Origin: Syntrophales bacterium | Lineage (GTDB): Bacteria; Desulfobacterota; Syntrophia; Syntrophales; UBA4778 | Length of the DNA stretch: 64,000 bases | Assembly: GCA_963665615.2 (NCBI GenBank) | Contig: CAXXQE010000001.1 | Span: forward strand, 513,151 to 577,150 | Direction: 5' to 3' | Part shown: positions 38,076 through 48,361 of the stretch, one piece after another | How positions within the stretch are numbered: position 1 is the first letter of the stretch | How the letters are laid out: each line of letters begins with the position of its first letter | Notes under the pieces: model-generated | Database searches by the model: none | What the model was told of the DNA's origin: nothing | What the model saw: only the letters and a program-made list of their open reading frames with translations | Position numbers and translations under genes: made by a program

Positions 38076-38549
38076 ATGCTGAATGACGAGTCGATTTCGA
38101 GATTTCGTTCCGAGGTCATCGAGCGAACCATCAATCTCGAATGGATAATGAACGTAATTATCTCGCAGCATTACTTTGGCAAGGTCTTTCGTCCTTTTCT
38201 TCTGGAGGTTCTGTACGACGAATATTGCCCTTTCGCGCTAAAACGCCGCGTTATAGAGAAGATCGTGCCCGATCCCGACAAACGGAAAATGGAAGCGCTC
38301 AATCGCATAAACACAATTCGCAACTATTTTGCGCATTGTAACCAAGTCTTGGTTGAGGGAGCAGATCCCACCAGCCCATCTGCTGTCTCTATCGCTGTCG
38401 ATCCTCGTAGATTAGATAGGGGCATTGATTTTGAAAAACTGCATCAGGAATTCGTGCAAATAGCAGGACCGGTCGAGACGTATCTCGCGGAGGTATTTCA
38501 ATCAAAGGGCGGCCAAATGACGAAAGACGAGGACTACAAAAAGCCATAG
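38076..38549 (+). CDS. Cassette-encoded HEPN/MtlR-like protein
   Basis: All-helical, RxxxxH motif RNYFAH. Confidence 0.55.
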   Translation: MLNDESISRFRSEVIERTINLEWIMNVIISQHYFGKVFRPFLLEVLYDEYCPFALKRRVIEKIVPDPDKRKMEALNRINTIRNYFAHCNQVLVEGADPTSPSAVSIAVDPRRLDRGIDFEKLHQEFVQIAGPVETYLAEVFQSKGGQMTKDEDYKKP

Positions 38550-38556
38550 AAACAGC

Positions 38557-38665
38557 ACATAACCCACTAGTGCACCTGACGCGGAAGAATATCGAGCTCA
38601 AATCCGTTGAGGGTTGCGGGTATCCCTCTTCCCGTCCCCCGCGCAGGTGACCGGCACGGTTATCC
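38557..38665 (+). other. attC site (last of array A)
   Basis: ACATAAC (complement of cassette-start GTTATGT) ... cacctg/caggtg arms ... GTTATCC. Confidence 0.75.
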
Positions 38666-38772
38666 TCATGAAATTATGAACCTGCATATGCTGGAGTTGT
38701 TGACGAGCGGATGTTTTTCGTTCCTGTCACTCGTCACTTGTTACTCGTCACTGCGGCGTCAACCGCTTTAAC

Positions 38773-39639
38773 CTACGCCGTTAACAGCTGCGGCTCTTTC
38801 CCCCAGTAGATGATCTCCTCGCGCATCTTGCGAATGGCTTCCTTTTCAATCTGCCGGGCCCTTTCCCGTGTGATCTTGAAGCGGTCGCCGATCTCCTGGA
38901 GGGTTTCCGGATTGTCGGCCATAATGCGGCTGATGACGATGTAGCGCTCCCGTTCGTTGAGCTTCGACAGGGCGCCCGCGATATTGATCCGGACGAGCTC
39001 AAATTCTTCTTTTTTAATCAGAGAATCTTCCTGGTTTTCCCCTTCATAGGCCAGGTGATCGATAAAAGACGATTCATCGTCGTCGCTGATTGTCGCATCC
39101 AGCGACAGATCGCGCACGTTCATGCGCACATTCATTTCTTCGATTTCGGATTCCTTGACATTGAGGGATTCCGCTATTTCGGCAAATTCCGGATTTTTTG
39201 ACGAGAGATTTTGCAGTTTCTTTTTGGCCTGATTAAGTTTAAAAAATAGCTTGCGCTGTGCCTGCGTTGTTCCGATCTTTACAAGACTCCATGATTTAAT
39301 AATGAAATTCTGGATATAGGCCCGGATCCACCAGACGGCATAGGATATGAGCCGGTAGCCTTTATAGGGATTGAATTTTTTGACAGCGTGCATCAGGCCG
39401 ATATTGCCCTCTTGGATCAGATCGATGAGTTTGACCCCGTAGTTTCGGTACTCGTGCGCAATTTTCACGACGAAACGGAGATTGGAGGTAACGAGCTTTT
39501 CGGCGGCTTCGACGGAGTTCTCCTTCTTAAACTTTATCGCAAGTTCGAATTCCTCTTCCGCCGTCAAGATGGTCAGGCTGTTCACGCGTGCCATGTACGC
39601 ATCCAGGGCGCTCGATACAATCAGGTCGGAATGGGCCAT
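38773..39639 (-). CDS. rpoH: RNA polymerase sigma-32 factor
   Basis: DLIQEGNIGL, YAVWWIRA, RpoH box QRKLFFKL, TRERARQIE. Confidence 0.95.
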   Translation of the reverse strand: MAHSDLIVSSALDAYMARVNSLTILTAEEEFELAIKFKKENSVEAAEKLVTSNLRFVVKIAHEYRNYGVKLIDLIQEGNIGLMHAVKKFNPYKGYRLISYAVWWIRAYIQNFIIKSWSLVKIGTTQAQRKLFFKLNQAKKKLQNLSSKNPEFAEIAESLNVKESEIEEMNVRMNVRDLSLDATISDDDESSFIDHLAYEGENQEDSLIKKEEFELVRINIAGALSKLNERERYIVISRIMADNPETLQEIGDRFKITRERARQIEKEAIRKMREEIIYWGKEPQLLTA

Positions 39640-39803
39640 TCATTTTCTCCTTAGGAATCTTCAAATGAGGTCAAATTTTATGGTTAGATAATCCATTAGT
39701 CAAGTCCTATCGGTTGCATCAGATGCGCGGGCCGTCTTGACAGGCTTGTTTCTGTGTTTAAGTTAGAATCGAACATAGATCAGGTTCACAAGGGGAGAAG
39801 ATT

Positions 39804-42395
39804 ATGAGATTTGAAAAGTTCACGCTGAAAGTTCAGGAAGCGATTAACGACGCCCAGCAGCTGGCGCAGGCGCGCGGCCATCAGGCGCTCGATGTCGAGC
39901 ATCTTCTGCTGGCGCTCCTCAAGGCGGAGGGGGGTATCGCCGAGTCGATCCTCTCGAAGCTCGGAAGCAATGCAGGACAGGTCGGGGCCGATCTGGAGCG
40001 AGCCCTTCAGAAACTTCCCCAGATATCGGGTGGCGGCGCGGGACAGTTGTATATTACGCCCAGGCTGAAGCAGGTTCTGGACAGCGCCGTTGCGGAGGCC
40101 TCGCGGATGAAGGACGACTACGTCAGCGGGGAACACGTCCTGATCGCCATCGCCGACGACAAGCAGGGCGAGGCGGGACAGATCCTTCGCAATGCCGGCG
40201 TGACGCGCGACAGGATTCTCAAGGTCCTGGTGGATATCCGCGGTTCTCAGCGGGTCACGGATCAGAATCCGGAGGAAAAGTATCAGGCGCTCGAAAAGTA
40301 CGCCCGCGACTTCAATGAACTGGCCCGCCAGGGGAAGTTCGATCCGGTCATCGGACGCAATGACGAAATCCGGCGGATCATGCAGGTGCTCTCACGGCGT
40401 ACGAAGAACAACCCCGTGCTGATCGGTGAGCCCGGCGTCGGCAAGACGGCGATTGTCGAGGGACTGGCGCAGCGGATCGTCAATGGCGACGCGCCGGAGA
40501 CCCTGAAAGACAAGCGCGTTGTCGCGCTCGACATGGGGGCGCTCATTGCAGGGGCCAAGTATCGTGGCGAATTCGAAGACCGGTTGAAGGCCGTCGTGAA
40601 AGAGGTGGTGGACGCTGAGGGTGAGATCATCCTCTTTATCGATGAGTTGCACACGGTTGTCGGCGCGGGAGCGGCGGAAGGCGCGGTGGATGCCTCGAAC
40701 CTGCTCAAGCCGGCGTTAGCCCGCGGAGATTTGCGCTGCATCGGGGCCACGACGCTCAATGAATACCGGAAATATATCGAGAAAGATGCGGCATTGGAGC
40801 GGCGCTTTCAGCCGATTCTCGTTAAGGAGCCGACTGTGGAGGATACCATCGCGATTCTGAGAGGGCTCAAGGAACGCTATGAGGTTCATCATGGCGTGCG
40901 CATCAAGGATGCGGCCCTGATTGCCGCAGCGACGCTCTCCAATCGCTACATCAGCGACCGGTTCCTGCCGGACAAGGCGGTGGATCTGATCGACGAGTCT
41001 GCGTCGCGCCTTCGCATCGAGCTCGACAGCCTGCCCGCCGAAATCGACGTTATCGATCGCAAGATTATCCAACTAGAGATCGAGCGGCAGTCTCTCGTGA
41101 AGGAGACGGACAAGGTGTCGCTGGAGCGGCTCGACAAGATCAACAAGGAGCTGGCAACACTCAAGGAATCCCGCGACAGCATGATGATGCACTGGAGCCG
41201 GGAGAAAGAGGTGATCAAGGCGATTCATACGATCAAAAGCCAGATCGAAGCCCTCAAAACCGAGGAAATGAATGCCCAGCGAAGCGGGGACTTGGCCCGC
41301 GCGGCAGAGATTCGCTACGGCAAAATCGTCGAACTCAATCGAGGGATGGAACAGGAACAGGCGCGCTTGGAAGAGGCGCAGAAAAGCCGCAAGATGCTCA
41401 AAGAAGAGGTCGATGAGGAAGACGTGGCCGAGGTGGTCGCCAAGTGGACGGGAATTCCGCTGGCGCGGATGCTGGAGAGCGATGTCGAAAAGCTGCTGCA
41501 CATGGAAGATCGCCTGAGGCAACGGGTCATCGGGCAGGACGAGCCGATCAAGGCGGTGTCCAACGCCCTGAGGCGGTCGCGGTCCGGCTTACAGGATCCC
41601 AACCGGCCGATCGGGTCGTTCATCTTCATGGGACCGACCGGCGTGGGCAAGACAGAATTGTCACGCGCCCTGGCGGAATTCATGTTCAATGACGAGCAGG
41701 CCATGATTCGCATCGACATGTCGGAATACATGGAGAAGCATTCGGTCGCGCGGATGATCGGAGCCCCTCCGGGCTATGTCGGCTATGAAGAGGGCGGTTT
41801 TCTGACCGAGTCGGTTCGCCGGAAACCGTATTCGGTCGTGCTCTTTGACGAGATCGAAAAGGCGCATCCCGATGTTTTCAACGTCATGCTACAAATTCTG
41901 GAGGACGGGCGTCTGACGGACGGTCATGGCCGGACGGTGAATTTCAAGAACACCATCATCATCATGACCTCGAACATCGGCAGCGAGTGGAGTCAAAACC
42001 TGTCGATGGGAGATGATGAACGACGGATCCGGATCATGGATGCCCTTCGGAATGCCTTTAGACCCGAGTTCCTGAATCGCATCGACGATATCATTATCTT
42101 CAGGTCGCTGACGATCCATGATATTGACCAGATCATCCATATCCAGCTTGAGCAACTACAGAAACGCTTGGCGGAAAAGCGGTTGATCATCGAATTGACG
42201 GATAAGGCCAAGGAACACATCTCCAAGGTAGGTTACAGCGCAACGTACGGAGCCCGTCCGCTTAAGAGAGCCCTGCAGAAGATGGTACAGGATAACCTGG
42301 CGATCAAGCTGCTCGAGGGGGATTTTGAGGAAGGCGATCAGATCCTGGTTGACGTGGATGACCGGGGGCAAGTGGTGTTTACGAAAAAGCAGTAA
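39804..42395 (+). CDS. clpB: ATP-dependent chaperone ClpB
   Basis: Two AAA+ modules ([16 protein letters not shown]) and coiled-coil middle domain. Confidence 0.98.
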   Translation: MRFEKFTLKVQEAINDAQQLAQARGHQALDVEHLLLALLKAEGGIAESILSKLGSNAGQVGADLERALQKLPQISGGGAGQLYITPRLKQVLDSAVAEASRMKDDYVSGEHVLIAIADDKQGEAGQILRNAGVTRDRILKVLVDIRGSQRVTDQNPEEKYQALEKYARDFNELARQGKFDPVIGRNDEIRRIMQVLSRRTKNNPVLIGEPGVGKTAIVEGLAQRIVNGDAPETLKDKRVVALDMGALIAGAKYRGEFEDRLKAVVKEVVDAEGEIILFIDELHTVVGAGAAEGAVDASNLLKPALARGDLRCIGATTLNEYRKYIEKDAALERRFQPILVKEPTVEDTIAILRGLKERYEVHHGVRIKDAALIAAATLSNRYISDRFLPDKAVDLIDESASRLRIELDSLPAEIDVIDRKIIQLEIERQSLVKETDKVSLERLDKINKELATLKESRDSMMMHWSREKEVIKAIHTIKSQIEALKTEEMNAQRSGDLARAAEIRYGKIVELNRGMEQEQARLEEAQKSRKMLKEEVDEEDVAEVVAKWTGIPLARMLESDVEKLLHMEDRLRQRVIGQDEPIKAVSNALRRSRSGLQDPNRPIGSFIFMGPTGVGKTELSRALAEFMFNDEQAMIRIDMSEYMEKHSVARMIGAPPGYVGYEEGGFLTESVRRKPYSVVLFDEIEKAHPDVFNVMLQILEDGRLTDGHGRTVNFKNTIIIMTSNIGSEWSQNLSMGDDERRIRIMDALRNAFRPEFLNRIDDIIIFRSLTIHDIDQIIHIQLEQLQKRLAEKRLIIELTDKAKEHISKVGYSATYGARPLKRALQKMVQDNLAIKLLEGDFEEGDQILVDVDDRGQVVFTKKQ

Positions 42396-42446
42396 ACAGT
42401 GAAGAGTGAACAGTAAATAGTGAATAGCCAAGAGTAACGAGTGACG
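42390..42446 (+). repeat. Heptamer tandem repeat containing the clpB stop codon
   Basis: cagtaaa cagtgaa gagtgaa cagtaaa tagtgaa tagccaa gagtaac gagtgac. Confidence 0.75.
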
Positions 42447-42552
42447 CATCAAACTGCTATGAATCGGTTCGTGACCGGTTTCAGGGGGGCGGTGCTGCAT
42501 GACGCTTTGAGAAAGGGATCTATGGACACAGAATGCGGAGATTCATAAAACA

Positions 42553-42576
42553 AGGCAGGATCAAAAGATCCTGCCT
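42553..42576. terminator. Hairpin between convergent clpB and PEP-CTERM gene
   Basis: aggcaggatc-aaaa-gatcctgcct. Confidence 0.6.
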
Positions 42577-42598
42577 CGCACATTGAAGCAATAAGGGA

Positions 42599-43261
42599 CT
42601 ATCTCTTGAATCTTCTGATGCATCTCAACCCGGCGAGTCCGGCGACGAGCAGAAGTGCGGTAGCCGGTTCAGGAACAGCAGCGCCCCTTGTGGCTATGGT
42701 CAGTTCCAGGGGTGTGTTGCCATACCCGTACCCCCCGTAAACCACAAAGTCGACGGTCTGTCCTGCACTCAGATTCTCGGAAAGAGAAAACACACCGTAA
42801 TCCTGTGCCTGCCAGAGCCAAGTTGAGCCCTCGCGCACACCAACCTGCATTATTCCAACATCGCCCGCAAAGAATTGCCCGACGATGCTGTATTGGTCGG
42901 TTGAGGGTGCCATAAAACGCAATACCGTTACCTCCCCGTTGGGGCCGGGGTGCAGCGTGATTTGTCCGGGAAGCACACCGTACTCGACGCCAGCCGTGTA
43001 ATTATATCCCACGTTGGGCGTGTAGTCTCCGGAATGTCCCGGGACGTACCATTGCTTGAAAGCGCCGATAACGGTATCGGTATAAGGGGTGAACGTGGTA
43101 AATCCCGAATCCATCCATCCATAGGTCCACACACCATTCGGGTTTCCATTGGTGATGCTGAATTCCGTAGTCGCGTTGTAAGAGGTCGCATAAGAAAGAC
43201 CGATCATGCCAAGTGTCATAAGCAGACATGCCAATGCGACGAAAGCCCGTTTCCCTATCAT
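42599..43261 (-). CDS. PEP-CTERM sorting domain protein
   Basis: Signal peptide; C-terminus VPEPATALLLVAGLAGLRCIRRFKR; RBS GAGGAG. Confidence 0.9.
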   Translation of the reverse strand: MIGKRAFVALACLLMTLGMIGLSYATSYNATTEFSITNGNPNGVWTYGWMDSGFTTFTPYTDTVIGAFKQWYVPGHSGDYTPNVGYNYTAGVEYGVLPGQITLHPGPNGEVTVLRFMAPSTDQYSIVGQFFAGDVGIMQVGVREGSTWLWQAQDYGVFSLSENLSAGQTVDFVVYGGYGYGNTPLELTIATRGAAVPEPATALLLVAGLAGLRCIRRFKR

Positions 43262-43333
43262 TTTACTCCTCCTCAAAAGAAAAAAATATTTGGAATGCCG
43301 TGGTATGATGAAAATAATACGGGAAACAAGCTA

Positions 43334-43349
43334 AGCAAATTTTGTGCCG
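43334..43349 (-). promoter_or_regulatory. Sigma-54 promoter of the PEP-CTERM gene
   Basis: CGGCAC-AAAAT-TTGCT (GG-N10-GC); candidate enhancer TGTAAAgattgCCGAC at 43504-43519. Confidence 0.7.
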
Positions 43350-43818
43350 TACACTCAATACTTTAAGATTCTTTATGTTTCTTCCTTTGACCAGCCAGCG
43401 AGCATCACGTCTTTGGAAGAGATCTCGACACCTAATAGGCGTAAAAGCTAGTCTGATGTTATCATAAGTCAATTATTACAAAATATTAGCTGGTATGTGT
43501 TTTTGTAAAGATTGCCGACGGGGCGGCGGTTGCCGGTTTTCAGTATTCAATAGATGATGTGACTCAGGTATTTTGACCGGCAAGGAAAGGTAGGGCAGTT
43601 TGTCGTGGTGACGCCGGTGATGCCCGTCACATTTTTTCAAAATAGCAGGCAGCATAATAGCGTTGTCTGCTATTTTTTTTAGAGGTCATGCCGATAATAT
43701 GCAAGTAGCGCCATATACCCGTTGCAGAAATGGTTGCGAAAGGGATTCAAATTCGATAAAGTAGGCAAGTTTTTCAGAGTCGATGTCCTGCCTACCTCTA
43801 TCAGATGAAAGAAGTGGA

Positions 43819-44460
43819 ATGAAAAAAGCCTCGTTTAGTCAGGCAGTTCTAATCCTTGTCCTATTTTTTTTGTTCCCTATGGGTGAAAGTCGGGCGGACA
43901 TCTATCGCTATACGGATGAGGATGGTGTCATCCACCTGACCAATGCGCCCACGAATTCCAAGTTCCAGCTTTGGATGAAGGAAAGCAAGAGAAATTTTGC
44001 CGATATCGGACGTTCTTCCGGCGGCCGCCATCGAGCGGACTATGCGGGTTATGACGATCTGATCGTCAAGGCTGCGGATCGACACAACGTCGATTCAGCC
44101 CTGATCAAGGCCGTAATGAAGGCCGAATCCGGCTTTAATCATACGGCAATTTCCCCCAAAGGCGCCCGGGGGCTGATGCAGTTGATGCCGGGAACTGCAA
44201 ATCAATACAACGTGGATGACTCCTTTGATCCCCAGAGTAATATCGAAGGGGGCGCCCGTCACCTGCGATACCTGCTGACCCAGTATAATGGTAACCTTCC
44301 TTTGGCCATTGCCGCTTACAATGCAGGGGAGGGCGCCGTCCAGAAGTACAACAATCAAATTCCCCCCTATCAAGAAACTCAAACTTATGTTAAACGTGTG
44401 CTGCATTACCTGAGGAAATACAGCAACGATTCCCAAAGGTACGCGCAGATCGACAACTAA
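43819..44460 (+). CDS. Lytic transglycosylase (SLT) with N-terminal DUF4124-like domain
   Basis: DIYRYTDEDGVIHLTN; AES, GARGLMQLMP, AAYNAG, ETQTYV. Confidence 0.92.
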   Translation: MKKASFSQAVLILVLFFLFPMGESRADIYRYTDEDGVIHLTNAPTNSKFQLWMKESKRNFADIGRSSGGRHRADYAGYDDLIVKAADRHNVDSALIKAVMKAESGFNHTAISPKGARGLMQLMPGTANQYNVDDSFDPQSNIEGGARHLRYLLTQYNGNLPLAIAAYNAGEGAVQKYNNQIPPYQETQTYVKRVLHYLRKYSNDSQRYAQIDN

Positions 44461-44656
44461 TTCCTTCTGTTTGTCCCTCAACGCTCATCCCCGCCTCCGC
44501 GAGGACGGAGTCTGCCGGCGGCGCTTTGTCTTGCAGTGCTTGCCGATCTCTACGCATCGCTCCGCAGTCCTGATTCGCCTGGCTTCTGAGCATTTTGGAA
44601 CAGCCTGAGTTATTCTAGAAAGTTGCCATTCTGCTATGACGATTTAGAGGTCTATT

Positions 44657-44926
44657 ATGGACGATGATAACAAGCTGCCCGAGGTTAATTTTTCAAACTT
44701 TGTGATCTCGCTGGGTTCATCTGTTCTGTATCATTTCGGGGACATTCCCGATCCGGTAACGAACAAGAACGAACGGAATCTGGCCGCCGCCAAGCAGACG
44801 ATCGATCTGATGGGGATGCTTCAGGAGAAGACAAAGGGCAATCTCAGCGACGATGAACAGAAGATCCTGGAATCCATGCTCTTCGAGTTCCGCATGCGTT
44901 ATGTGAAGGAGCAGCAGAAGGGATGA
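44657..44926 (+). CDS. DUF1844 family protein
   Basis: NFSNFVISL, AKQTIDLMGMLQEKTKGNL. Confidence 0.85.
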   Translation: MDDDNKLPEVNFSNFVISLGSSVLYHFGDIPDPVTNKNERNLAAAKQTIDLMGMLQEKTKGNLSDDEQKILESMLFEFRMRYVKEQQKG

Positions 44927-45774
44927 TTACGACGGCCTTCTCTCCGGCCAAGGTTAATCTATTCTTGCATGTTTTGGGAAGACGGCAGGATGGTTACCAC
45001 GAACTGGCCACTCTGATGCAGGCGATCGACCTGCAGGATGAGTTGATCTTTGAATTGGGCGGCAGCGGTATCCGGGTTGAGTGTTCCGATGATCAGCTGG
45101 AGGGAGGCGAATCGAATATCGCTTACAAGGCCGCAAAGGTCCTCTTCGACCACGTCTCTGACCATCCCGGCATCAAGATCTTGATCAAAAAACAGATTCC
45201 TATTGCCGCCGGCCTTGGGGGCGGCAGTTCCAACGCCGCAACGGTTCTCAAAACCCTGAACGAGTTGTTCGGTTACCGTCTTGACCAGCAGCAACTCATC
45301 GAACTCGCAACTAAAATCGGTTCGGATGTGCCTTTTTTCCTTTTCGGCACCGCGGCATGGGCCTTTGGTCGTGGCGAACGGCTCGTTGCCGCCCCGAATC
45401 TGCCATCCCTGTGGCTTGTTTTGATCAATCCACGCTTTGCCGTTTCGACCCGCGATGTCTATGAAGGGCTTAATCTTAAACCCAAAATCCCATTGACAAA
45501 AGAGGGGATAAAGTTTAACATCCCGGAGTTTTCCTCGGTGGAGAACCTTGTTTCCGGTCTCAAAAATGACCTCGAACGGGTCACTCTGGCCCTTCATCCG
45601 ATCCTGGCGGACCTAAAAAAGTGTCTCTTGAAACACGGTGCATTGGGATCGCTTATGTCGGGAAGCGGACCGACTGTTTTCGGTATTTTCGCTGAGGGAA
45701 AAGACGCTCTACGAGCGGCGGCGGAGCTTGGCAGGGAGGATGCCTTGTCGGTTTTTGCGGTGCGCTCGCTTTAA
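44923..45774 (+). CDS. ispE: 4-diphosphocytidyl-2-C-methyl-D-erythritol kinase
   Basis: PAKVNL, DGYHEL, AAGLGGGSSNAA, MSGSGPT. Confidence 0.96.
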   Translation: MITTAFSPAKVNLFLHVLGRRQDGYHELATLMQAIDLQDELIFELGGSGIRVECSDDQLEGGESNIAYKAAKVLFDHVSDHPGIKILIKKQIPIAAGLGGGSSNAATVLKTLNELFGYRLDQQQLIELATKIGSDVPFFLFGTAAWAFGRGERLVAAPNLPSLWLVLINPRFAVSTRDVYEGLNLKPKIPLTKEGIKFNIPEFSSVENLVSGLKNDLERVTLALHPILADLKKCLLKHGALGSLMSGSGPTVFGIFAEGKDALRAAAELGREDALSVFAVRSL

Positions 45775-45830
45775 AGCGGGGTATTTGGAGAACATCCGAA
45801 AAACGATTATTGCTGAGAAGGTTTTTTCAC

Positions 45831-45905
45831 TGGGGCGTCGTCAAGCGGTAAGACACAGGATTTTGGTTCCTGCATTCGGAGGTTCGAATCCTCCCGCCCC
45901 AGCCA
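45831..45905 (+). tRNA. tRNA-Gln(TTG)
   Basis: tggggcg...caggattTTGgttcctg...ggttcgaatcc...cgccccagCCA. Confidence 0.97.
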
Positions 45906-45927
45906 TTTCGTTTATTAAGGATTCGAT

Positions 45928-46869
45928 ATGTTAGAGAGGATGAGGATTTTTTCCGGAAACTCCAATCCGGAACTTGCAAAGAAGATCTGCGCCAGGCTGG
46001 GCATCGCTCTCGGCAATGCCAACGTCGCAACGTTCAGCGACGGTGAGACGCGGGTAGAGATCAACGAGAACGTGCGCGGGATGGACGTCTTCATCGTTCA
46101 ATCCACCTGCCCACCCGTCAACAACAGCTGCATGGAACTCCTCATCATGATGGATGCCCTGAAGCGGGCGTCAGCAGAACGTATCACGGCCGTGATACCC
46201 TATTACGGCTACGCGCGTCAGGATCGCAAGGTGGCGCCGCGGGCCCCGATCACGGCCAAGCTGGTAGCCGATCTCATTACGACGGCCGGCGCCAATCGGG
46301 TATTGTCAGTCGATCTCCACGCGGGGCAAATTCAGGGATTCTTCAACATTCCGGTTGACAATCTCTTTGCCACGCCGGTTCTGTTGGAGTATGTGAAGAA
46401 GAAGGCTACGGACAACATGGTCGTTATTTCGCCGGACACCGGCGGTGTGGAGCGCGCGCGGGCCTTCGCCAAGCGTCTGGGCGCCTCCCTGGCGATTATC
46501 GACAAACGGCGTGAAGGGCCCAACGAATCGCAGGTGATGAACATCATCGGCGATGTCAAAGGGAAAAAGGCCATTCTGCTGGACGATATGGTCGATACCG
46601 CAGGTACGGTTGTTACGGCCGCCGAGGCGATTACGGCCGCGGGCGCTACCGAGGTATCAGTATGCTGTACCCATCCGGTTCTTTCCGGTCCTGCCATTGA
46701 ACGGATCAACGGTTCAGGGATCAAAGAACTCGTGGTAACGGATACGATTCCCCTTCACGATGGAGCGCGAAGCTGCAAACGCATTAAGATCCTTTCGGTC
46801 GCCGATCACTTAAGTGAGGCAGTCCGGAGGATTTACTATAACGATTCTGTAAGTTCATTATTTACTTAG
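45928..46869 (+). CDS. prs: Ribose-phosphate pyrophosphokinase
   Basis: [36 protein letters not shown]. Confidence 0.98.
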   Translation: MLERMRIFSGNSNPELAKKICARLGIALGNANVATFSDGETRVEINENVRGMDVFIVQSTCPPVNNSCMELLIMMDALKRASAERITAVIPYYGYARQDRKVAPRAPITAKLVADLITTAGANRVLSVDLHAGQIQGFFNIPVDNLFATPVLLEYVKKKATDNMVVISPDTGGVERARAFAKRLGASLAIIDKRREGPNESQVMNIIGDVKGKKAILLDDMVDTAGTVVTAAEAITAAGATEVSVCCTHPVLSGPAIERINGSGIKELVVTDTIPLHDGARSCKRIKILSVADHLSEAVRRIYYNDSVSSLFT

Positions 46870-46879
46870 GAGGACAGCA

Positions 46880-47527
46880 ATGGAAACCATGGAATTAAAG
46901 GCCCGTATCAGAAGGGAATCGGGTAAGGGGCCCGGCAGAAGGCTGCGGGCGGACGGGCAGGTTCCCGCTGTGTTTTATGGCGCCGGCATCGAATCGCTTT
47001 CGCTGGCTGTCAATACCGCCGATCTGATTACTTTGCTCAAAGGAAAGAAAGAGAATGCTTTCATAAAGCTCATGATAGATGACGAGGGACGTACGACGGA
47101 AAAGCTGTCGATCATGAAGGAGCTCCAGACCCGTCCGGCGACCCGGGAAATCTTTCACGTTGATTTTTACGAGATCCGGATGGATCACCAGTTAGTCCTG
47201 GATATTCCGATTCACGTGGTTGGCACCCCGGTCGGCGTTACGATGGGCGGTGAACTGCATATCCTGAAGAGGGAACTCAAGGTGTCGGGTCTGCCTGCGG
47301 CGATTCCGGAGTTTGTCGAGATCGATGTCAGCGGCCTGAATATCGGTGGTTCCGTTCAGGTCAAGGACATTCCTCTCAAGGAGGGCGTCGAGGCGGTCGA
47401 TCACGCCGACGTCGCGGTTGCGTCCGTCTCGGCCACCAGAGTGCAGCAGGCCGGTGCGGCGGAAGGCGAAGAGGGCGCTACCAAGGAGCCCGAAGTCATC
47501 ACGAAGGGCAAGGAAAAGGAAGCCTGA
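46880..47527 (+). CDS. rplY: 50S ribosomal protein L25/Ctc
   Basis: GKG..RRLR..GQVPAVFYG, HVDFY. Confidence 0.95.
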   Translation: METMELKARIRRESGKGPGRRLRADGQVPAVFYGAGIESLSLAVNTADLITLLKGKKENAFIKLMIDDEGRTTEKLSIMKELQTRPATREIFHVDFYEIRMDHQLVLDIPIHVVGTPVGVTMGGELHILKRELKVSGLPAAIPEFVEIDVSGLNIGGSVQVKDIPLKEGVEAVDHADVAVASVSATRVQQAGAAEGEEGATKEPEVITKGKEKEA

Positions 47528-47552
47528 CCGCGGCGCAGACATAAATTGTTTC

Positions 47553-47589
47553 AAAAGCCTCGTTTTTCGAAGAACGGGGCTTTTTTTTT
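47553..47589 (+). terminator. Intrinsic terminator after rplY
   Basis: aaaagcctcgttt-ttcg-aagaacggggc followed by T9. Confidence 0.75.
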
Positions 47590-47761
47590 ATGCGCTTTTG
47601 TGCTTTATTCTCTCGCATCATTAGGAGATTCACGGGCAGGAGCATACGCCGGTCAATCTTCGATTCTTAAGGAAAGTATTCAGCTCGGTTCGCTCGCTTA
47701 CCCACGCCACGGGAAATGCGCACGCTGAATAATCCAATTGCAGCAACAGCGGAGGAAAGCA

Positions 47762-48361
47762 GTGAAGGCCATTATAGGGCTCGGAAATCCGGGAACCAAG
47801 TACCTCATGACCAGACATAACCTGGGGTTTATGGTTCTGGATGAATTTGCCGAGATCCACGGCCTCAGGATCACTAAGAAAAAGGCTGACGCCCTGACCG
47901 GGGAAGGCGTGATCGGCGGTCAATCTGTTGTCCTCATCAAACCCCAGACATTCATGAATTTGAGCGGTGCATCCGTAAGGGCTCTGGCGGCCTTCTATAA
48001 GATTGAAATCGCCGATCTCGTAGTGGCACACGACGATCTCGACCTGGAACCCTGGGTTGTTCGGGTAAAGAACGGCGGCGGCGCCGGGGGGCACAAGGGG
48101 TTGAAGTCGATTATGGACTGTCTCGGCCGAGCGGACTTTGTCCGCGTCAGGATGGGGATCGGCAAGCCGGACATGAGGGCGAAGACGGAAGCGTATGTGC
48201 TGGAACGCTTTGCCGTAGCGGATCTTGAGAAAGCGGCGGAGACGGTTCACAGGGCGTGCGATGCGGTTGAAGAGATTATTCTGAAAGGCGTTCAACCGGC
48301 CATGAACCGGTTTAACGTTAGGGACAAACAGGTTGCGATAGAGGAAACATCCATTGATTGA
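47762..48361 (+). CDS. pth: Peptidyl-tRNA hydrolase
   Basis: GLGNPG, TRHNLGF, KPQTFMNLSG, HDDLDL, GGHKG. Confidence 0.96.
   Translation: MKAIIGLGNPGTKYLMTRHNLGFMVLDEFAEIHGLRITKKKADALTGEGVIGGQSVVLIKPQTFMNLSGASVRALAAFYKIEIADLVVAHDDLDLEPWVVRVKNGGGAGGHKGLKSIMDCLGRADFVRVRMGIGKPDMRAKTEAYVLERFAVADLEKAAETVHRACDAVEEIILKGVQPAMNRFNVRDKQVAIEETSID

Noticed and set aside
39640..39803. CIRCE/HrcA operator between divergent rpoH and clpB
   Set aside because: No TTAGCACTC-N9-GAGTGCTAA match was found.
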